Source of the DNA: Callorhinchus milii
Taxonomy: Eukaryota
Direction of reading: 5' to 3'
DNA: 64,000 nucleotides
Assembly: GCF_018977255.1 (NCBI RefSeq)
Contig: NW_024704760.1
Coordinates: 6,758,001 to 6,822,000, forward strand
In this document: piece after piece, positions 13,390 through 24,730 of the stretch
Layout of the letters: every line of letters starts with the position of its first letter
How positions within the stretch are numbered: position 1 is the stretch's first letter
Notes under the pieces: model-generated
Database searches by the model: none
What the model saw: only the letters and a program-made list of their open reading frames with translations
What the model was told of the DNA's origin: nothing
Position numbers and translations under genes: made by a program

Positions 13390-13699
13390 TTCTTTTTTAA
13401 ATGCCCCCAAATCACCACACTCCCTACCGATTTGCTTACCCTGCACTCCACCACCCGCTGCCTCTGTTCAGCCGGCTCTGGACCCCAGTTTGTCCCTCGC
13501 CCGCTCCACTCCACCGTCAGCGGCCATGCTTTCAGTCACTACACCCTGAAGCTCTGGAACTCTCTCCTCCAATCCCGTCACCTTACTCCCTCCCTCCCCT
13601 CTCCCCCTGGCTCGGGATCAGACTCCGCCACTGTCAAGTGCTCCGAGACGCTACCAGGTGTGAAGGGCGCTATATAAATGCAAGTTGTTGGTGGTGTTG
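13390..13699 (+). mobile_element. L2 LINE 3' end remnant
   Basis: Translates to ..GHAFSHYTLKLWNSL (L2 ORF2 end); tail AAGGGCGCTATATAAATGCAAG(TTG)n. Confidence 0.75.
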
Positions 13700-14875
13700 T
13701 ACTCTTAAAGCCAATGCCATAAAATCACTCCACACCCCGACTACCCTCTGGGAGACGTTTTATTGACCCTCTCTTTTTACTCCCCGAGTCACAACAAAAA
13801 CAACAACAAATTACATGTGTATAGCGCCTTTCACATCAGGAGGACATCCCAAAGCATTGGACAGTCATGGATTTTATTATTTTATTATTCAACTTCAAAA
13901 AAAGGTCTCAATCTTGAATTCATGCCCTCTTGTCCTCAATTACCCAACCAGCAGAAAGAGTTTTTCACAATTAATTCTCTCAAACCCCTTCCTTATCCTA
14001 AACAGCTCAATCATAATCATACCTTCCCCCAACCTTCACTGCTCCAATCTCTCCAGCCTCTTCTCACAGCTACATGTGTAATAAATAATTAACCGCACAG
14101 TGAGTAGATGTCACATTGGAAAGATTTAACATGCAACATCAATCATTCAGTATTGTATCCCCACTACGTTTCCATCATTTATTCTGATAATATTTCTGAA
14201 TCATTCAGAAATTAAACTTTCTTGATAAGCTGGGAAAAGCTGAAGAGGCTTACATTGTTGCTTATTGCACAGTGTCCTTCTTGAAATTATTCAAGATGCC
14301 TTTCCCTTTGAGACGGAGCACCACGTGAATAACACATTCCCGTCTTTGGCTTCCACTCCTGACTCCTGAATTCCCACTTGGCCTTATGATAGACAGGAAT
14401 CCACAGCATAAAAAGTTGGGCTGCGTCAGGAGAGGAATCAGGCAATAGTGATATATATCATGTCTTGGAGACGTCTCAAAGTGCTTCACAGAATATACTG
14501 TAAAGTGAATAACTGTATATTTTGTGGGCAAAATTTGATGCAAACATGAGAGAGAAGGGAATAGAGGGGTACAGGAGAGGGGATTGGGAGGGTTGGAGGA
14601 TCGTAGGGAATTGGTCCCTCACTTCAAGACTGTTTATGGGACATTACTGTGTACGAATTTGTAGATTGGAAAGAACAAGAGGGCTGAAATTCCAGAGTGT
14701 GTTAAGCGTAGCACCTTTGGCATTGGAAAATAATAATAGGGTAAATATCATTGGGGTCCAATCACCAAAGGCGCTATGCATAAAGCTGACGGGAATTTCT
14801 GACTATTAGTCTGACCATAAAAATCTGACTATTATTAATGATAATATAAATAATAATCTCCGCATTTAATAGTGT

Positions 14876-15078
14876 GGATTCCTGTAGCTCAGTGGTTAGA
14901 GCAGTCGCCTTGCAAGCGAGAGACCTGTGTCCAATTCCCGGCAGGGTGAAACCTTGGGCAAGATTCCTTACTCCAAACATCTGAAAAAAAACCACAATAA
15001 TAATTTGGTCACTTCAATCCATGACTGTTTGTGGGACGCTGCTGTCTGCAATTGGCTGCCGTGTTTCGCCCATAAAAA
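14876..15078 (+). mobile_element. tRNA-derived SINE, 5' half with internal deletion
   Basis: CCTGTAGCTCAGTGGTTAGAGC head and Deu-like body ~1 kb upstream of GPR37L1 ATG. Confidence 0.8.
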
Positions 15079-15486
15079 GCTATTTAAACAGTCCCCGAAA
15101 GGCAACAGAACACCGGCAAAAAAAAAAAGCCAGGATTAAAACACTGTTCGAAAACAATCACAGCATAATATATTTTGTATACAATATTATTATTATTACT
15201 ATTATTGGCTGCCACGTTTTGCCCAGCAAATACCACAGTCAATACACTTTACAACGTATTCTGAGAAGCGCTTTGAGATGTCTCAATTACTTCGATTGCG
15301 AACGCAAGAATCAGTTGCAAGACTTTGTTTCGAAATTAAAGATTTCAGCAATGCAACCCAGCGGATGAAATGCATCCAGGTTTCATTCCAAATGTTTCCC
15401 CTCTGCAGCTCTTGACAGAGAAAAATCCCTCATTCCAGTCGACAGAGGGCGAGGGGGAACTTTCTATCCTTCTGGGTTCTTTTTTT

Positions 15487-15487
<1 letters not shown>

Positions 15488-15518
<31 letters not shown>

Positions 15519-15800
15519 AGCCAACAGTGCATGTTTTAAGTTGGAGGGGAGAAATCACTCAGATAGAAGGAAGGAGTGCAAATTAAGCAGAGCTGATAGA
15601 ACAGTGGACGAGTGAGAGAGAGAGAGTGAGAGAGATTGAGAGAGAAGTGTGAGAGTGAGTGAGGGAGTGAGATGTAACGCTTTGGGAAGGTCCATCTATA
15701 GTTTTTTTTTGAAGAGAGTTGATAGATCTTGCATCAATTTGCCATTTGTTTCAGGAAAGAGAGGAAGGGGGGAAAGAGAGAGAGAGAGAGAGAGAGAGGG
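15488..15800. repeat. GA-rich microsatellite cluster in GPR37L1 promoter/5' leader
   Basis: (GA)n runs at 15488-15518, 15612-15670, 15775-15798. Confidence 0.85.
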
Positions 15801-16010
15801 AAAAAAGATCAATTGGAAGTCATCCCAAAGTGCCAGAAAAGTAAGGAAAGGGAGAGAAAAAAAAATAGATTGTCTTTTGTTGGATCGATTGGGGTTTCAG
15901 TGATTTATTTTTTTGGGGGGAGTGAATTTACAAATATATTTATAGATAAATAGATATATACACACATTTAAATATATATATATTAATATATATATATATA
16001 AGGAACAAAA

Positions 16011-16772
16011 ATGAATGTCTTCATCACTGCCCTGCTCCTGGCTCAGATCGCCCTGTGGGAACCCGCAGCCACTGGCAACCTTGCGAAAAGGGGCTCGGAT
16101 TTTGCGCTGGGCGTCTACGAAACCGACAGCGAACAGCAGCTGGGGTACCAGAGCCAAGGGATGATGAGCCCTGGGATGGACAAGCAAGGACCAGGGGACA
16201 CATTCCGACACCAGTCACAGAGACGCAGACGCAGACACAGACGGGGGTCGGATGGAGAAGAAACCTTTGCCCCCCTGGTACTTGTGCAACCAGCAAACCT
16301 GCAGCCCACCAGCCAGCCCAGAGCTGCCAGTGTCCACATGGATGTGTCTCCTCTGTCTCTGTCTCTGGGGGGGGAAGGATGGTGGGTCAGGGGCAATGCC
16401 AACCAGACTGCCCTGGCCCCCAGCAGGCAGACCCCTCGCCTCTCCAAAGGGCAGCTCAGGAGAGAGAAGGCTGAAAAGAGATTCCAGTTAGAAAACACTC
16501 TCTACCCCATCACCGACAGCTCCTACAGTGCCTATGCTGTGATGCTGCTCTCACTGATTCTCTTTGCTGTTGGGGTGGTCGGCAATCTGGCTGTCATGTG
16601 TATAGTTTGCCACAATTATTACCTGAAAAGCGCCTGGAACAATATCCTGGCCGGCATGGCTTGCTGGGACTTTATCATCATCTTCTTCTGTTTGCCTGTG
16701 GTCATCTTCAACGAGATTACTAAGAAGCGTCTGCTTGGATTCGTTGGGTGCAAGATTGTACCGTACTTAGAG
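16011..16772 (+). CDS. GPR37L1: G protein-coupled receptor 37-like 1, coding exon 1 (signal peptide, N-terminus, TM1-start of TM3)
   Basis: [66 protein letters not shown] then GT donor (AG|GTAATG) at 16773, phase 0; YYLKSAWN and FNEITK are GPR37L1- not GPR37-type; adjacent to ARL8A as in human. Confidence 0.95.
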
Positions 16773-16939
16773 GTAATGTCACCTTTTTGTCTCTTATCTG
16801 TGAAGGGGCTCTTTATCAAACTGCAGATGCAAGCATTGTTTATTACTTTCAGGAACCAAAACCGAGTCCCGTTAACCCTGCGAAGCCAAAGCCCTGATGG
16901 GTGGGGTGGTCCTAACTGGACAAGCAGTGGGAAAGTTTG

Positions 16940-17225
16940 CCAGGCAGGGCTTTCAATGGGCAAGCTATGTGGTTTTAGCTGGTTAGACTCCAGCAGATAC
17001 CCCAACACACATTCTGGGGTCCTCAAGTCCTTGCCAATCTGTGCCCAATACTCTCTGGAATTAAGTAAGCAGGGTATGTCCCTCCAGGGAGAGAGTGCGC
17101 ATTCCATCCCGATAAATATCTCTTGAATTTCCATGTGTAGGTGGGATGCATGGAACTCAGTTCCGTTTGGTTAGTCTTAAGCGTGGTGATGGGTTTCCAA
17201 TTGGTTTCGGACACCCGACTGACTA
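16940..17225 (+). repeat. Unclassified interspersed repeat, copy 2 (GPR37L1 intron)
   Basis: Aligns by eye with 6128-6336 and reverse complement of 57405-57685. Confidence 0.75.
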
Positions 17226-19832
17226 AAAAAAAAGGGCAAGAGAAGAGAAAAATACAACATTTGTAAAATACAATTTTTTTTTGAATTGAAATGTAATTTT
17301 AAAGTTTAAAATCAGTTTAAATGTACGTTTTTCTCTCTCTACGTNAAAAAGTGTTAATGCCCTGAATGGTTACATGGGAAGGGTTAATATGGGTCTGAAA
17401 GACTGTTTTTGTACTTGTGAAAATTAATTGAAACTAATGGTATGATAGGAAGAGTCGGCACATTATGTTTTTTTCCAAACAATAAGTTTGAGGTTTAGAT
17501 TAATCAGCTTTCTGGGGTTGGGGTGAATTGGGATCGAGAGGATCACTTGACTGTGAGGAAATGTCTATCCGAAGGACTTTTTAAAGAGTGGTTTAATAAG
17601 AGCCTTTCCCTCGTGAAACCAGAAGGTTTTAGAATGCCGGTAAGACAAATAAATGTGTAAGCTCAAGCACTCTCGGACGCTTCCCTCCATGAGGGGCACT
17701 GTATAAATGCAAGTTGTTGTTGTAGTTGTAAACTGCCCGAGCATATCACCCTCGAAAACCCACAAAATTAACTTAAATACATATTAATTCTTGTGTTTGA
17801 GAAAAGTGCCTTATCACATCGTCGAAACTTCTCAAAGAGCTTCACGGGATTTCGACCGTGTGTTTTGTGGGTAAACACGGCAGCCAATTTGCGCGCAGGA
17901 ACGTCCCACAAACAGCCATAAAGTGAACGACCAATTTCATCTGGAGGATTGTTGGCCAGGAGACCGGGAGAAACTAGCTTAACCTTTTCAAGTTATAGTC
18001 ACGGGGAAGAAGCTAATTGTTGCCAACGGAACAAGTGTATGTAGCACTTATCAAAAGATAATTTTGCTTAAGAGTTTGGTTGTGACCCTGTAAATACTGA
18101 CCTCGTCAGACATACGACTCCTCTATCTTGTTCTCTCCAACAGTGGTTCATTGTCATTTCCATGAAACTAAATACATGAAAGAACTTCTTCCCAGGGTTA
18201 GCCCAGGACAATGAGAGATTTGATGCTCATTTAAAGGCTGTGGGTTATTTTGCAAATAAGAGTTTTAAATATTTCGCCAGGAGCGGTGATGTTTATGGTC
18301 AGGTTAGTTTGGCTAACGCGACCAGAAATTTCCATCGGTTGCAACGACGATTTATATTTACCTCGTACCTTTCGTGAACCGAGGACCTGAGTTGGGGGGG
18401 GAATAAATAAGTGGGTGTGGCGGTGGGGTGGGGAGAGAGATACAGAGGTGGCCAAAAGTGCTAAGAGTCTTGCTTCGGGGTCAGAAGGTTGTTGGTTTAA
18501 GCCCGCAGCTGTGCTCATTATCCAGGCCGACACTTCCGTGCACTACCAATGGAAAGCTGGAGTGTCAGAGTTGGCATCCTTTGGACGAGACTTTAAAACT
18601 GAAGTTTCATCTGCCCGTTCAGATACCACGGCACAGTTACAGAGACTACCACGGAATTCTCCCAATGTCCTGGCTACGTTCCATCCATTATCCAATCCGC
18701 CTTTCAAAGCAAAGCAGATTAATTGGTCGTTCCTCTTGGCTGTGGTTGATAGATTATACCGATTAGTGGTTGTGTTTTTAACCTGCGTAGCATTAAATTG
18801 TTTGAAAACTGTGATACATATACATGGGATAAGGCAGCTCTGCATTGCAAATGCAAATATTTACATTTTATAGAAATTATAGCTGTCAAACAATGAATGT
18901 TCTACTTTCTACACAATATTTAAAGATTAAAAACTATGTACAAATGGCGTAGCATCTTATTTCTGAAAGGGGGGAAAACAGGGAGAATATATAAAATGTG
19001 ATTTCTATATTCGCTTCAAATGCAAATATTTGTATTAAATGTTTATGAAACACACAGTCATTGCAAATTACAGCAAATCCTGTGAACAACTTTGAGACAT
19101 CCCCTCAGCTGAAAAGTGCTTTATCAAATGCAAGGATTATTATTTTTATTGTATTTATGTTGTGCATCCAGCATTACAAAGCCAATGGTTTACATTAAAT
19201 TGCTGAACTTATAATTACATGATGCAGAACTATACAATCCAGAGAATAAATATGCTTTAAATCCCCAGCTATAACTCCTGAAATCTTAATTATTTTGTTA
19301 AGCATTTAACACCATACGTTGAAGTAACAGCAAAACAAATTAGGATAATTTTGCAAAATGCATTGAAACAAAATGCTGTTCCAATGTTGCATTAAAGGAA
19401 TCGATTCCATCACAGAGAACACATAATGATGCTTTTCATTGTTTTCCCTCCTTATAAATAAGATGTTAATTTATTTGTATATAGTTTTTAAACTTTAAAA
19501 ATAGTTTAGAAAGTAGAATATTAATAATATTAATAAAAACTATAGGACTGTTTGTATGTAATGCTGTAATTTATCCAATAACTGGATGCATACATAAGGT
19601 AGAAAAGGATAGAGGGGTATAGGTGAGGGGAATAGGAGGGATGAGGTTTGTGTGGGGTATAAACACCAGCACAGACATGGACCAAATGGTCTGTTTCCAT
19701 GCTGAATCACTCACTCTTATGTAATTATAAATCGCCATTTCACACAAAAGTCAAAACTAGTGGGTTTGGAATTTTGAACTGGTTTCATTCTGAACACTAA
19801 TGGCTTTCATTACCCGCTTGTTTCATTTCTAG

Positions 19833-20639
19833 ATCTCTTCTCTTGGGATCACCACCTTTAGCCTGTGTGCATTAGGCATAGACAGATTCCGTGCAGCAAC
19901 AACAGCTCAGTCGCAGGCCAGACTGATAGAAAGCTGTCGGTCCATTGGGGCCAAGATGTCTGTCATTTGGATCGGATCAATGTTACTAGCCGTCCCCGAG
20001 CTTCTCCTCTGGCAATTGACGGAAGAGTCGTCTGTCGTCTCTGGAGTCACCACGGACTATTGCACAGTCAAAACCTCGCTGGACCTGCCCGAATACGTGT
20101 ACGCACTCGTTCTTACCTACGAGAACGCTAGGATGTGGTGGTATTTCGGCTGTTACTTTTGCTTGCCCATCACCTTCACAATCATGTGCCAGATCGTGAC
20201 CAGAAGGATAAGAAGCAACGAGAAGAAATCTGGTTGCAAATTGGTTTGCCACAACGGCCAACAACAAAGTCAAATGAACTACACCCTGATCGGCTTGACC
20301 ATCCTCTACGGTTTCTGCATTGTCCCCGAGAACGTCAGCAACATTGTGGTGTCTTACATGGCTTCCGAAATCTCCAAAGAGACAGTGGACTTACTCAACA
20401 TCATTAATCAGTTCTTCCTTTTCTTTAAGTCCTCCGTAACCCCGGTGTTGCTCCTCTGCCTCTGTAAACCTTTGGGCCGAGCCTTCATGGATTGCTGTTG
20501 CTGCTGCTGTGATGAATGTACTTCTGATGCCTCGGGAAGTGATAGCCACGAGACCAAGTTGAAGACAGAAATGAAATCGATTTTCTCTGACAAGCCCAAG
20601 GAAGCATCGACAATAATGGCCATGGGCACCCAGTGTTAA
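19833..20639 (+). CDS. GPR37L1: G protein-coupled receptor 37-like 1, coding exon 2 (TM3-TM7, C-tail)
   Basis: Acceptor TTTCATTTCTAG|ATC; ISSLGITTFSLCALGIDRF, YENARMWWYFGCYFCLP, FFKSSVTPVLLLCLCKPLGRAFMDCCCCCC, ends MGTQC-TAA; total CDS 522 aa. Confidence 0.95.
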   Translation: MSSLGITTFSLCALGIDRFRAATTAQSQARLIESCRSIGAKMSVIWIGSMLLAVPELLLWQLTEESSVVSGVTTDYCTVKTSLDLPEYVYALVLTYENARMWWYFGCYFCLPITFTIMCQIVTRRIRSNEKKSGCKLVCHNGQQQSQMNYTLIGLTILYGFCIVPENVSNIVVSYMASEISKETVDLLNIINQFFLFFKSSVTPVLLLCLCKPLGRAFMDCCCCCCDECTSDASGSDSHETKLKTEMKSIFSDKPKEASTIMAMGTQC

Positions 20640-21413
20640 TGGAAGGCTTTTCATAGTCACCATGTGTTGGCCTTCAGCAATCGCTATGGATCTAACAGAA
20701 GGTTATCTCTCTCTTTTTTTTCACAGCTTATAGTAAAGTGAACTAGTAGATCAGCAAAGGTTAGTTAGCTCCCAGTCAGCCTTTGCCAACTGATCTGTTC
20801 AGATAAGTGTCTTATATTTTATCTTCCAGAGTCTTGGCTTTCTTTCAGGCTGTGAGAAGTATCAAAAAACAAGCAGTGAAAACTGATCTAATCATTAAAA
20901 TGTGATGAAGGGGGGCCTTTTGCAACAACATACTAATATTTTCACTTGATTCATAATACATAATTCGATCTATAGCGAGGTCTCTCCTGTGCATTTAGAG
21001 CAAACTGTGTCTGACATTTTAATTATTCAATACAAGATATTGGTGATCAGCTTCACTGGATTAGCGCCACTCGTGACATTTGCATAGAGAACACTGGTTG
21101 TGCCATGAATATAGCACTTAATAGTCTTGCTGTGTGTAGTATATGCCATTCAATAACCATGCAATAAACGCCTTGTCTCTAGATCTGTCTGTGTTGTCCG
21201 ATGAGAATGATGTTCGTTTCTTAAAAGCCTTACAATGTACATAAGGTAGTAACTAGATACAACTACTATCTTTTCATGAAGAATTAGAAACATGGCTCTT
21301 TTCGTATTCATGGTATTATATTTAGAATAATAATACCACCAGCAGCTGTATATCCGCACAAGGGTGTGCTTTGCTCTGTATTTACAATGTTGTGGTGCCA
21401 TAGCATTGTATCA

Positions 21414-21419
21414 AATAAA
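21414..21419 (+). terminator. Candidate GPR37L1 polyadenylation signal
   Basis: AATAAA 775 nt after stop, preceded by TGTA motifs; alternatives at 21163 and ~21605. Confidence 0.5.
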
Positions 21420-23365
21420 ACTGTGAATATTATTTCAGTTCTCAATGTCCAGCCTCGGGCCTTTGTCTTATTTCATGTGGTCTCCATCTGGTGCCTTTTC
21501 CTTTCGATTGCTGCTTTGTGATTACTAAGAAGTATCCATTAACTTCTCCATTATTGTACTGTCACTACTTTTCTATCACTATTAAATTCCTGAGCTGTTT
21601 CAACAATAAATCTTCTGTATTATAGATATTATGGAACACAAGTTTCCTTCCTCTCCACCCCGTCCAATTTAATCATCAGCCTGTTGCACGTATCTTACCC
21701 CATCTGTTTTGCCATTGACGGCAAAGCTTTCAGCCACTGTGTGAAAATCTCTGAAATTCTCTCCCACAATCCCACCGGCTCACTCCCTCTTTCTCAGTCT
21801 TCAAAATACTTCGGTCACCTCGGTTCTAAACCTCTACTTCCCATCTTTGTCCGAGCTTCTACTCCATCCCTGCAAAGTCCTCTGAGACGTGTATCCTACA
21901 TGAAAGGCACTTACACAAAATATGACTTTCTCCCGGGGTCCTGGCCGACAATCTTCCCCCAAAATAAAATTGGTCACTCACTTCATGGCTTGTTTGGAAG
22001 GATGCTGGTGTGTGCAAATTGGCTACCATGTTCACTTACAAAAACACAGTTACTACACTTCACACTAAATTCCTGTGCAGCGATTTGAGACGTCTCAACA
22101 ATGTGATAAGTCTCTAGAGCAAATGAAGGATTATTGTTGATTATGATTATATAAATGCAAGGTCTGGTCATTGCTGAACAACAAACATGAGATCATGAAG
22201 CTGACTAGAGAGAGAGAGAGAGAGAGAAGTGTCTGGAGACTAAAATAAACACCATTTTGAAAAGGCTCAAAACAGTGTTGATTTTCCCAGGGTCAGTAAT
22301 AAGTAGAAAGAAAGAGCAAAATCTGTGAAAATCTCTTCTCTTTAGCAATTCTAAATGCCAAGCTTGACTAAAACGGTAGAATTAGTGCTCGAATTGAGTT
22401 CTAGTTAATGACCGTTTCTATGGTATCAGCTTTTCAAAGAATCTCACATCTCACAGGTTGTGAGAAGCCATGAGTAACTAATTTACAAAATGAGGCTGCA
22501 ATCCTCTACACAATCGCGTCTTAGAGCAGACTTACATTTGGCAAACTGGTCACCAGCAAAAATCTAGTATCGGCAAGATTCATGCTGGCTTCCCTGCTGT
22601 TCCGCTGTTTGGATCTGTCAGTCACTTGTTGTCTATAATACATTTCTGAAAGACATGCATAGATGTACATTTTGTCAAACAAACCAAAGGTGACAGGGTA
22701 AAGGAGATATAAATGGGGGCAGCCACTGGTATTATTTATTAATGTGTTGCCTTGCCCCTTAAGACAATCAGGGCATATTTTCTCACAAGCTCTTTAGATT
22801 CAAGGTGGAAAATAAAGGGTTTAGAATAATGAACCGCTAATATGAAATGTTTAAGCTGCAAAATATTCAACTAAGCAGACCAGATCATTTAAGGAAAGGC
22901 TTGAAGCTACATAGAAGGCAGTGAGGTTGGTATGCTGAAAGCAGGAGATCAAATGGACCAACAACAAAATGACATTTGTATTGCGCCTTTCACATCGGGG
23001 GGACGTCCCAAGGCGCTGGACAGTCAGAGTGCTTAGTGAGCTGAGGGTTGAGATCGGGGAGGGTGGGGAAGCAGGGTGATCGAAAGCACGGTCAAAGAGA
23101 AGGGGGGATTTTCTTCACCTCCTATGATCTAGTGGTGAGAAAATGGTGACAAATGAGTAGTTACAGCGAGATTTTCTGCCCAGAAGCAATAGGTGTGGCA
23201 AGATTCTTGGCTGCTTAGAAACTGGGAAATGTTCGCACACAATGTATTTTCCGAACATTCAGGCAGGAACATATATGTGCACTTTACAAAAACTCATTAA
23301 TGAGATGTTAACCAGTAGAGGAGAGAAGGGGATTTCTCCTGATGTCTTGCCCTCCAAAAAGCAAA

Positions 23366-23549
23366 ACAATAATAAATTGGTCATTTTCAATCTACGACTG
23401 TTTGTGGGACGCTGCTGTGCGCAATTGGCTGCCGCGTTCGCCCACAAATATACAGTCAATTCACTCTACAGTATATTCTGTGAAGCACTTTGAGACGTCC
23501 AGAAGACGTGAAAAGCGCTGTATCAAATGCAAGGATTATTATTATTATT
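23366..23549 (+). mobile_element. SINE 3' half
   Basis: Deu-like body and (TTA)n tail, followed by a second short tail at 23560-23630. Confidence 0.85.
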
Positions 23550-24435
23550 TACAGTCAGGTCTGCAAAGCACTTTGAGATGACCCGCTGACGTGAAAAGTG
23601 CTGCATGAAATGCAAGTATTATTATTATTTTGATCGTGCCTCACTTCCTACCAGGACTCAGTTTAAATGTCTTCTTGGGATCTCCAGATTTGTTTCTGAA
23701 ACGCCTGTTGTCATTGCTGCACTGACTCCACATTGTACGGACGTTTTAAAAGAATTTCCCAAGCTCTGAGCTTCAATTGCATAGTCAAGGTAAATACTGA
23801 CAGTGGAAAGTTTAGGAAGAAAATCTTTACTTGCTCACTAAGCACAGAATAACTTAATTTTTTTTACCGTAAATGGAAGTTTGTGATAAGGATTTTCTCC
23901 TTTTTTTTAACACACACACACACACACACACAAACAAAATGGGAAATTCAGCACAAACTTTCATGCATGCAAACTGTTGAAAACATTTAGTTCCATCACT
24001 TATGTAGATGTAAATGTGTTTCACAGCATGGAATGAAATGTGGGGGCTGTCAATGACATTATTGTGATATTGAAAGCCGTGCCATTTTTTTATGCTGTAA
24101 GTATCCGTTTTGTGCTGAAATCCATCACAACCGGTCATTTTCATAAAAATGTATTCAGTCGGAGAGTTGAAAAGTGCTCACTTAGCTCTGTGACTGTCAC
24201 ATTCTTTGTTTTTACTCTGGTAAAACCTCATGGCTTGACTCACACTCACTAAGGGATGGTTTTAATCATATAATGCGACTGTAAAAAACTAAGCTCCTTC
24301 ATGTAACTTTGACAATTTAAGGATTTTATCTGCCATTTCAGTTTGAATTAAATTGACATCGATTTTCTTTGGTCATGAAGTAGGTCAATGATATTTTTCC
24401 AAGCCTTTGCTGTCACGGCTCTAAGCCAGTCACCA

Positions 24436-24730
24436 ATAATAATAACAATCCTTGCATTTGATATGGCGCCTCATCAAATTTTCGCGACGTCTCAAAGCGC
24501 TTCACAGGATGTACTGTAAAATGTAGTGACTGTGTGTTTTGTTGGTGAAATGTGGCAGCCGGTTCCACAAACAGTCGTGTGACCACATTATTATTATTTA
24601 TTTTTGAAGGGATTATTACCCCTGGAAAGCGATCCACCAATCGACTAAAAAGCGGGTTCCTACTTACTGCTGGGTAAACAGAGGCGTGTGTGCGCGCGCA
24701 TGGAGTAAGGAAACTTGCCTAAGGTTTCGC
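24436..24730 (-). mobile_element. tRNA-derived SINE lacking head
   Basis: Colinear with 1771-2080. Confidence 0.8.

Noticed and set aside
16773-17126. C-terminal 117 aa of ORF 16011-17126 as part of GPR37L1
   Set aside because: Receptor similarity stops at a canonical GT donor; the remainder is intron containing an interspersed repeat
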